Below are positions 21,093 to 29,079 of a stretch of 64,000 nt of DNA, in pieces. This stretch comes from an uncultured Verrucomicrobiae bacterium (GTDB taxonomy: Bacteria > Verrucomicrobiota > Verrucomicrobiia > Chthoniobacterales > Chthoniobacteraceae): the NCBI GenBank assembly GCA_963828525.1, contig CAWHEP010000004.1:160001-224000 (forward strand), read 5' to 3'. Position 1 is the stretch's first letter, and every line of letters starts with the position of its first letter. The notes under the pieces were generated by a model. The model searched no databases, was not told the DNA's origin, and saw nothing but the letters and a program-made list of their open reading frames with translations. The translations under genes were made by a program, and so were the position numbers.

Positions 21093-21403
21093 GTAAGCGT
21101 AAGTCGGAGCACCTATTGACAGAGGAAGCCGGAGATTAGGGGTTTTTAACGGAGATGTCGTAGTGCCTACTACTACGACATCTATGCTGCCGCCGGCGTG
21201 AGATCCTTCACCTGCCAGTTGGTCATGGAGGGCGGAGGGCAGCCGGGTTAGCGTTAGCAGGTTAGCACGTCTCGCAGATACTCATACGGGTCGATGCCAC
21301 GGAGGCGGCAGCACTCGATCAGCGTGTAGATGATCGCTCTGCGCTCGCCCGCCTCCGCGTCGCCAACAAAGAGCCAGTTCTTTTTGCCAATGGCTGTCGG
21401 GCG
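21093..21403 (-). mobile_element. IS66 right end plus tnpC 3' remnant
   Basis: GTAAGCG terminus; minus-strand RPTAIGKKNWLFVG...IIYTLIECCR...DPYEYLRDVL; perfect 12-bp hairpin 21153-21183. Confidence 0.85.
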
Positions 21404-21471
21404 TCGGGCGGATTATGTTCTCATCTCCAGAAGTTGGATTCTCCGATTCTCCTGAGGTCTCTGGTAATGAG

Positions 21472-21583
21472 ATGAGCCAGCGCCTTGAAGAGGATCTGAG
21501 GCAAGGGGCGCTGTTCGTGTTTAGCAACAGGCGCCACACGCGGCTGAAGATAATCTACTGGGATGGAAGCGGGCTGTGGATTA
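21472..21583 (+). pseudogene. IS66 accessory protein (TnpB_IS66) fragment
   Basis: GALFVFSNRRHTRLKIIYWDGSGLW. Confidence 0.85.
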
Positions 21584-21679
21584 CGAGCCGGGCCGCTTCT
21601 TGCGCAGGCGAACGGTGCGCCCCAAGTACGTGAGGAAAAACGCGGTGGACACCTGAATCCCCCCGCTTTCTTCTCATCA

Positions 21680-21836
21680 TCAGTACATAGGAGTTCTTCA
21701 AGCAACCCATGCCTGCCGCTTGCGCGGCAGGCACGGGAACCCTTGAATTTTTCCGTAGCTTTGAGTTGTCAAAGGCCGGCGGTGGACGGTGCGCCATCTC
21801 CCTAAACTGAAATCATCTGCCGGGTGTCGATGAACC
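21680..21836 (-). ncRNA. Candidate structured RNA, copy 1
   Basis: Homologous to 25655-25812; closing stem, covarying short hairpin, long hairpin with GCAA loop and G-U pairs on the minus strand. Confidence 0.5.
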
Positions 21837-21951
21837 AGTGGAACTTGCGTTCCGTCGATCAAGGTAGCTGGCTGCTCTAGGCCGGCCCGGCGGACACAAT
21901 GGCTGCCTGCAAAGCGCCGCGGGAGGTGCGAAGCGCGAAGCGCGAAAGCGC

Positions 21952-22120
21952 CTTCCGATTGAAATTTGCCATTCTGCCTGTGTTCTGGCAGAACATCTCT
22001 GTGCATTTCAACGGGACTGTCGTGCGCCTGACCGAGAGATCTCCGCTAGGGCGGCGCGGAGTCGGAGACGCAGCCCGGGTATCATCCCGCTTGAATCCCG
22101 CGTCCAATCCCTTGGCGGGC
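21952..22120. repeat. ~170-bp leader repeat preceding RHS cassette 1
   Basis: Alignable with 23931-24100 (ccgat.gaa.tttgccattctg...aatcccgcg.ccaatc...ggc). Confidence 0.8.
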
Positions 22121-23189
22121 ACGAACAATATCCAGATCAGTGCCAAAGACGCCGCCGGTAACACGACCACACACACATGGCAGGTTGTTGCGACGAGCGG
22201 AACAAACCAGACCCTCACCTACGACCCCGACGGCAACCTCCTAAACGACGGAACCCAGACTTACGAGTGGGATGCCGCGAACCGGCTCACCGCGGTGAAC
22301 GAGCCGGGAAACCTGCGTTCGGAATTCACCTACGATGGATTAAGCCGGAGAGTCAAGATTGTTGAGAAAAGCAACGGCGCTGTCACCAGCACGAAGAACC
22401 TGGTGTGGTGCGGCACGGAAATCTGCGAGGAACGCGACGCCTCCAATAACGTCACGAGGCGCTACTATCCCCAGGGAATGCAGCTTTCCGGATCGAACTA
22501 CTTCTATACCCGCGATCATCTCGGCTCCATACGAGAGTTGACGGACAGTTCAGGGGTGATCCAGGCGCGTTACAGCTACGATCCCTACGGCAGGCGTACA
22601 AAAACTCAGCGGCACCCTTGCCGCGAATTTCGGTTTCACAGGCGACTACTGGCATGCCCCAAGCGGCCTGGCCCTAACTCTATATCGCGCCTACAACCCT
22701 GACCTTGGAAGGTGGATCAGCCGCGATCCCATCGGCGAACGCGGCGGGATCAATCTGTATGGGTATGTAGAGAACGATCCGACTCGCCTGACAGACCCGC
22801 TGGGCCTCTGGACATTCGGCTACGGCGGACAAGCAAGTATAGCTGGTTTGGGAGGCGTTGCTCAAATCTCATCCGGACTTTACATCGGCCACAGTGCAGA
22901 TTCACCTTGGTACGGGGGATGGAGTATAGGTGGTTTATTTCAGGTGGGCACGGGCTTGGAGGCCGGACTGGGTGTCTCTGCAGGCTTATTTGCTGCCCAC
23001 ACCAACGCGAATTGTGTAGGCCAGCTTAAAGGGCCAGGTTACTCGATAGGAGCGGGCGGCGGCACTGGACCCAGCGTCGGGGTCGATAGGATAGGCGGAG
23101 ATGGTTATTCTGGCTGGAGTGGTAATGCTGGAGCAAGTTGGGGGCCTGTGCCGGGCGAAGCGCACGCTATTGTGACTAACACGTATTAG
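22118..23189 (+). pseudogene. Orphan RHS cassette 1 (partial core plus Gly-rich C-terminal toxin); +1 frameshift in an A run near 22600
   Basis: YD repeats, DHLGS; corrected frame reads GRWISRDPIGERGGINLYGY...DPLGL, then a 126-aa C-terminal domain. Confidence 0.9.
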
Positions 23190-23208
23190 AGCTAACACTT
23201 CCCCAAGG

Positions 23209-23700
23209 TTGAAAAAGCTTCTACCCGCAAAACATGAGCTCGAGCGTTGTCTTATCACCGCTTGCAGGGATATTATCCGCGAACCTCGCATCTACTTATA
23301 TTGGCTTGTCTGGATCGTCCTAGGCATTGGCCTTTTAGCTGTTCGGCTTTCTGGCATTCTACATCTGTCAGGTGTAACCCGTGTCGATCTTAGCATTTAT
23401 TACGCGATAATCGTGTGTTTGCCTACCGTGTTATGCAATCTTTACGAGGGCCACCGTGTGATGTCATATCTTCGAAGCCATCATTACAGTAAGTGGGCCG
23501 AACTAACGACTGTTAACGGCTTGGGACCCGGCTGGGTCAATGGATATCGCAGCATTCGCTGGCTATTTTCCAACGATACAGTTGGTGATGAAAGAGTGGC
23601 GCTTCTCAAGGGCGAGTATCGAAAGTTTCTTTATTTTGCGGTCACCGTTTTAGTTACCTTCCCGATCTTCACGGTTATTCTTGAGGGAAAAGCAGTATAA
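23209..23700 (+). CDS. Putative membrane immunity protein for cassette 1
   Basis: Lower GC, about 3 TM segments, starts 20 bp after the toxin stop. Confidence 0.7.
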   Translation: MKKLLPAKHELERCLITACRDIIREPRIYLYWLVWIVLGIGLLAVRLSGILHLSGVTRVDLSIYYAIIVCLPTVLCNLYEGHRVMSYLRSHHYSKWAELTTVNGLGPGWVNGYRSIRWLFSNDTVGDERVALLKGEYRKFLYFAVTVLVTFPIFTVILEGKAV

Positions 23701-23804
23701 AGATTGCTCAATGCCGGGCGGAGGAACGGAGCACTTCGGAATTCTCGTGCGACGTCAACCGACGGCGACGGAAGTCTGGATTCTGGATCGGCATTTGGCT
23801 GTCT

Positions 23805-25208
23805 ATGAAACCTCGCAGCAAGGGTGCCGTAACGCTGATCGCTATTCTAAGTTGCGGCGTTGCATCTGCCCTCAGTTTGTTAAAGCGCGGGCTGGCCGCA
23901 AAGCCCGGCGAAGATGAAGGCGTCTATGCGATCCGATGGAATTTGCCATTCTGTCCGTGTTCTGGCAGAAATATCACTGTGCATTGCAACGGGACTCGCG
24001 AGCATCTGAACGGGAGCGCGCCGCCTTGGCTGAGCCGAGTGGGGGAACCAGCCGAGTTACCATCCGGGTTAAATCCCGCGCCCAATCTCCTGGGGGGCAG
24101 AGTCACTGCAACCACAGTTACCACCGGCACGAACAACATTCAGATCACCGCTAAGGTTGCCGCTGGCAACACGACCACACATACATGGCAGGTCGTTGCC
24201 ACGAGCGGAACAAACCAGACCCTCACCTACGACCCCGACGGCAATCTGCTAAACGACGGAACCCAGACTTACGAGTGGGATGCCGCGAACCGGCTCACCG
24301 CTGTCAACGAACCGGGCAACCTGCGCTCTGAATTCACCTACGATGGCTTAAGCCGGAGAGTCAAGATCGTCGAGAAGAGCAACGGCGCGGTCACCAGCAC
24401 GAAGAACCTGCTCTGGTGCGGCACGGAAATCTGCGAGGAACGCGACGCCTCCAATAACGTCACGAGGCGCTACTACCCGCAGGGAATGCAGCTTTCCGGA
24501 TCGAACTACTTCTATACCCGGGATCATCTCGGGTCAGTTCGCGAATTGACGGACAGTTCAGGCGTAATTCAGGCGCGTTACAGCTACGACCCCTACGGCA
24601 GGCGTACAAAGCTCAGCGGCGCCCTCGCCGCGAATTTCGGCTTCACAGGCGACTACTGGCACGTCCCGAGCGGCCTGGCCCTGACTCTATATCGCGCTTA
24701 CAACCCTGACCTTGGAAGGTGGATCAGCCGCGATCCCATCGGGGAGGACGGGGGAGTCAATCTTTATGAGTATGTGAGCAATAATCCGACTAACGGGATC
24801 GATCCGCTGGGACTATGGCAGATCACGTTGTCTGGTGGATGGGGGTTGGGCGGCTATCTGAGCTTCGGCCACAATTCTGGCCAATGGAACCTTAGCGCAC
24901 GCGCAGGTATTGGCGCAGGATTCTCTGCTGGATGGGATAGGAGTGACAGTGGCTGTAGGCATTCGGGTTGGAATCCGATAACCATTACCGGATCGCTCGG
25001 TGCTGGAATCGTAGGTGGGACTGGAGAGGTGGGAGTAGGCCCTGATGGCACGTATGGTTCTCTGGGAGGCCGTATTAGTGCGCTGGCGGGCGGAGTCGGC
25101 GTAAACGTGTCTACACCAACTGCGGCAGCCACATTCTCCACATCGTCTGGGCTGAGCAATTACGGTGCTTCGGGCTTTGCAGGCACTGGTTACACCGCCA
25201 CCTATTGA
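23805..25208 (+). CDS. Short RHS protein / orphan cassette 2 with Gly-rich C-terminal toxin
   Basis: Core 24126-24742 nearly identical to 22118-22735; GRWISRDPIGEDGGVNLY...DPLGL, then a 130-aa C-terminal domain. Confidence 0.9.
   Translation: MKPRSKGAVTLIAILSCGVASALSLLKRGLAAKPGEDEGVYAIRWNLPFCPCSGRNITVHCNGTREHLNGSAPPWLSRVGEPAELPSGLNPAPNLLGGRVTATTVTTGTNNIQITAKVAAGNTTTHTWQVVATSGTNQTLTYDPDGNLLNDGTQTYEWDAANRLTAVNEPGNLRSEFTYDGLSRRVKIVEKSNGAVTSTKNLLWCGTEICEERDASNNVTRRYYPQGMQLSGSNYFYTRDHLGSVRELTDSSGVIQARYSYDPYGRRTKLSGALAANFGFTGDYWHVPSGLALTLYRAYNPDLGRWISRDPIGEDGGVNLYEYVSNNPTNGIDPLGLWQITLSGGWGLGGYLSFGHNSGQWNLSARAGIGAGFSAGWDRSDSGCRHSGWNPITITGSLGAGIVGGTGEVGVGPDGTYGSLGGRISALAGGVGVNVSTPTAAATFSTSSGLSNYGASGFAGTGYTATY
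23931..24100. repeat. ~170-bp leader repeat preceding RHS cassette 2
   Basis: Diverged copy of 21952-22120. Confidence 0.8.
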
Positions 25209-25213
25209 CCCGT

Positions 25214-25588
25214 ATGGGACAAGTAATTGCATTCATCCCAGGTGTGCTTATGGCTGCTGCTGCTCTTAGCTTCTTCGTAGCTCTCTGGCGAGCGAATATC
25301 TATAGAGATAGGTTATTAGTACAGATGTACACTCTGCATCACGAAATTTGGCTGCAAGAGGGCAATCCTAAAGGCTGGAAGTGGCGTCCGCCCGGCAGCA
25401 TAACTCACCCTTTGCAAAAGTGGTGGCCTCGCCTTTCTCACTGCTGGAATGATCCGCCATGGCTTGGCGAAACAACAGACATGATTCAAAATTTTCGCTC
25501 CTGGCAAAAAGCCACGCGGCTCGGGGCTTTCATCTTTTGGCCATTAGCCGTCATTTTTGGTTCACTCGCCGTACTGGTGCATAAGTAA
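25214..25588 (+). CDS. Putative membrane immunity protein for cassette 2
   Basis: Two terminal TM helices, directly after the toxin stop. Confidence 0.7.
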   Translation: MGQVIAFIPGVLMAAAALSFFVALWRANIYRDRLLVQMYTLHHEIWLQEGNPKGWKWRPPGSITHPLQKWWPRLSHCWNDPPWLGETTDMIQNFRSWQKATRLGAFIFWPLAVIFGSLAVLVHK

Positions 25589-25654
25589 ACGACTGATCAG
25601 TGCGGCCCAGTCGTCAGTAATTGGAGTAAAGAACGGCCATCCTGCCCCCCGCGA

Positions 25655-25812
25655 TCAGTATTTAGGAGCATCTTCAAGCAACCCCATGCCTACCGCTTGG
25701 CGGCAGGTACCAAACCCTTGAAGTTTTTCGGTTGCCCTGAGGTCTCAGGGGCCAGTAGTGGAGGGTGCGCCAGTCTCCCTAAACTGAATAATTTGCCGGG
25801 TATCGATGAACC
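25655..25812 (-). ncRNA. Candidate structured RNA, copy 2
   Basis: Same fold as 21680-21836, with compensatory changes. Confidence 0.5.
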
Positions 25813-26144
25813 GGAAGATAGACTTCGAGAGCGTAAGCGCCGTTGCTAGGCGGAAGAAACTTCCAAAACTTACCGCAAGGTCTTTGCACGTATAAGCCGC
25901 GCCGCCAAGCGCAGGCTGGAAGACCGGACGCCGGCATGGCCGCAACGGACCTTCTTCTAATGCACGAGTAAAAGCCCGTCGAGAGTCTCACCGCCCCCGG
26001 ACCCTGTAGCGGATGATAAATCGCGCCCGGTCATCACCCGTTTTCAGAGCGCAAACACCACACCAACCTTTTGAAATGAGTCCCGAGGGACATGGGCGGC
26101 TTCGCGGATGGAGGCGAAGAACGCGCAGACCTGACGGCGCGGGC

Positions 26145-26431
26145 GGAAGCGTCAGCCCAGGCACCTATTGACAGAGAAGCCCGAGCTTTAGCGATTTTTA
26201 ACGGAGAGGTCAGAGTGCCTACTACAACGACATCTATGCTGCCGCCTTGAGGGCGGAATCCCGGGATCTCTGCCACGCCTCTGGAGTAAGGTCTTTACCT
26301 GCCAGTTGGTCATCGGTCATCGAGGGCAACCGGGTACCGGGTAAGCACGTCGCGCAGGTATGCGAAGGGTCGATCTGGCGGCGTCGGCAGCACTCGATCA
26401 GCGTGTAGATGATGGTTCTTCGAAGCGTTAC
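26145..26431 (-). mobile_element. IS66-derived miniature element
   Basis: Right end homologous to 21093 onward, tnpC 3' remnant (IIYTLIECCRR), then a left-IR-like GTAACGCTTCGAAGAACC. Confidence 0.7.
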
Positions 26432-26497
26432 AGGAACACTTAAGATCGTCAGGGGGATTTTCGTCAGTTTTCCTACAAATCTTCTGCGGGGACGTGT

Positions 26498-28076
26498 CTA
26501 AGGGCTCGCCGTGCTGGCTGGCGAGGGCGCGGGCGGCGTGGGCGCCAACTCTTCCTCTGGCAGCGTCCGGGCCCAGGTGTCTGTGCGGAAAGGCGCCGCT
26601 GGGGAACCTTCCTTATTGTAGAGACCGCACTCCGGGTTGTCCGCCCAAGCGTATCTTGCCGCGACTGGCTTGAGAACGCGCGCGCTGGATAGCACCACCT
26701 TGCCTTTCTCGATCTTCGCGGAGGCGGGGTAAAAGCGCTTATCCGCGCCAGCGATAGCGAACCCCGTAATGGGCGCGCCACCCTTGCCAGATAGTCCGCC
26801 GGCAGCATTCTGGAATGCCAGCCGCAGTTTCCCTTCCGCCGACTTTCATGGACGCGAAAATCGGACTCAACCCCGCCTCCTCTCCGTAGGCGGACGCAAG
26901 GGCCGCTTGCGCCAGCCGGTGGCCGGCCTCCTTCTTGTTCTTAGGCAGCATGCTGTGCTCATCCCCGATGTCGATGGTGACGGCCATGCCTGTTCCCGGC
27001 AACTTGAGGGCTGCGGCCTGCGCTTCCCTCAGTTCGGCCCATAGGCTGTCTTCCGGTTCAGAAGACCGGGGGAGGAAGTTCGCCAGTTGGACGAAGACAA
27101 ACGGAAGATCTGAGGTTGCGAAATTCTTCCGCCACGACCGTATGAGCGAGGAAAACAGGGAACGATAGCGTTCGGGCTCCGATGTGTCCGCCTCTCCCTG
27201 ATACCAGGCAATGCCGCGAGGCGGAAATGAGAGGAGGGGAGCTATCATTCCATTGTAAATGCCTCCGGGCGCTGAGGGGTCTTCCGGTCCCTTGGGCCTG
27301 CGCGGCGGTGGAGGCGGACGCTCGCCCGCCGTTTTCGCTTGCAAGGCAGCCTGCTGCCACCCCGCATAGGATTGCTCATATTCCTGATTCGCCGCCGGGT
27401 AGGCAGCCATCTCGGCCTTCCATGCTTCTTCCATTCCTTTCAACCCGGGATCGCTTCCAGCCGGCAGCCAGGACTGGATCGGGGTGGCGCTCACCGAGAC
27501 GTTGATCAACCCAATCGGAACTTTTAATCGTCCGTTTAACTCTCGTCCGAAGAAGTATCCAAGCGCGGAGAAATCCCGCGCGCTACGCGGGTCGCAGACC
27601 ACCCACGTTCCTTCACAAGCCTCAACCGGCTTGTCCGCGACCTTTTGTTGAACCTTAAACATTCGAATCATTGGGAACTTCGCTCCCGTAATCTCCTGCT
27701 GGGCATTGTCCACGGCGTTCAGAGGAAGCGCCATATTCGACGCGCCCGCGCAAAGCCAGACATCGCCAACTACCACATTATGAATCGTGACTTCGTTTTT
27801 GCCGCTGATGGTCAGGTCGTATGGTCCGCTACCCTTTACCCGTGGCAATGTCACCAGCCACCGTCCCTGCGCGTCAGCATCGGCGTGGGTCCGTCTGTTG
27901 CCAAGGCGCACGGTCACCGACTCCCCGGGATCCGCCATCCCGCGCACCGTCATCTTGGCGCGAGCCTGCAAAACCATGTTGTCGCTGTAAATGGCCGGCA
28001 TCCTGATATTCGCCAAAACGGGCGCGACGCTTGCGAGAAACAAGAGAGCCGCAAGATATTTTGGAGGAGCGATCAC
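26498..28076 (-). CDS. Sialate O-acetylesterase family protein (frameshift near 26838)
   Basis: DNMVLQ, GDVWLCAGASNM, WYQGE, VQLANF, ARYAWADNP...PFRTD. Confidence 0.9.
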
Positions 28077-28155
28077 CGGACAAGTAGAACCCGGCTTCCG
28101 AAACCGCGCAAGACGTACGCGGGAGGAATCATTCAGGCGCGGAAGCGTTCTTCAC

Positions 28156-29079
28156 TCATCCAGCGCCCTGCTTCAATTTTGGAAGCCGCTGCTTCTTGTC
28201 CAAAACGGGGGCGAAAAGATCGCCCATCTTTTCCGCGCGTTGCACGGTTTCACTGGAGAGAAAAGTGAGCCGCTTCGCATCCTTCTTTTTCAGGGTAGCC
28301 TCAACCTCGTCCCACGACACAGGGGTCGAGACCGTGGGATGTGCCTTCGCCCTTAGGGAGTAAACGCAGACCGTTGTTTTGAAATCGCTATTCTGGCTCC
28401 AGTCCACAAACACTTTATTGGAACGCAGTTTCTTTTGCATGTTGGAAACCACGCTTTCCGGATGCTCTTTCTCGAGCTGCTCCGCGATGGCTTTCGAGAA
28501 TGACTTGGTGTCTTCAAACGTGGCCGGGGTGTTCAGGGGAACGTATATCTGCAAACCTTTCGACCCCGAGGTTTTGGGCCAGGCTTCGAGAGCAACCGCG
28601 GAAAGCATCTCCCGAAGCCACAGACCAACCTTGCAGCACAGCACGATGTCGGCCGGAGGCCCCGGGTCCAGGTCGAAAACCATCATCTGTGGGCGGAGGG
28701 GATTTCTGCTCAGCGCCAGCGATGTGTGGAGTTCCAGGTCCGCCAGATTTGCCGCCCAGATGAGCGTGGGCAGGTCATTCGCGAGGCAAAAATCGATCTC
28801 GCCATTGTTGTCGTCACTCCAAATCGCCGCTGTCTTCACCCACGGGGGACGGTGCAACGGGCAGCGCTTCTCATAAAAGAAGGGACCGTTCACGCCGTTC
28901 GGGTAGCGCTTCATGGTCAACGCGCGATTTTTGAGATGCGGCAGGAGAAAAGGCGCGATGCGTATGTAGTAGTGGATGACGTCCCCTTTGCGAAAATCCG
29001 TTTCCGGATAGAACACCTTGTCGATGTTCGACACCTGGATACGCTTGCCCTCCACTTCAAGCACCGCCGTTTTCGTCAT
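28156..29079 (-). CDS. ligD: NHEJ LigD primase-polymerase domain protein
   Basis: KRYPNG, FYEK, FDLDPGP, KTSGSKGLQ, VFVDWSQN, YSLRA. Confidence 0.92.
   Translation of the reverse strand: MTKTAVLEVEGKRIQVSNIDKVFYPETDFRKGDVIHYYIRIAPFLLPHLKNRALTMKRYPNGVNGPFFYEKRCPLHRPPWVKTAAIWSDDNNGEIDFCLANDLPTLIWAANLADLELHTSLALSRNPLRPQMMVFDLDPGPPADIVLCCKVGLWLREMLSAVALEAWPKTSGSKGLQIYVPLNTPATFEDTKSFSKAIAEQLEKEHPESVVSNMQKKLRSNKVFVDWSQNSDFKTTVCVYSLRAKAHPTVSTPVSWDEVEATLKKKDAKRLTFLSSETVQRAEKMGDLFAPVLDKKQRLPKLKQGAG

Noticed and set aside
21110..21195. Repeated TTGACA plus hairpin (also at 26161-26247) as an independent RNA
   Set aside because: Explained as the IS66 right-end region; the hairpin is degraded in the second copy
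21680..21810. Integron attC, 6S RNA or hammerhead identity for the structured repeat
   Set aside because: No RYYYAAC/GTTRRRY boxes and no integrase; bubble too asymmetric for 6S; the CTGATGA beside copy 1 is absent in copy 2
21981..21995. TGTTC-N5-GAACA as a LexA box
   Set aside because: Spacer is 5 bp rather than the 4 bp I recall for the Verrucomicrobia motif, and the palindrome is broken in the second copy
22596..22606. Programmed or phase-variable frameshift in RHS cassette 1
   Set aside because: Short A run, and similar single-base indels occur throughout the window, so error is more parsimonious
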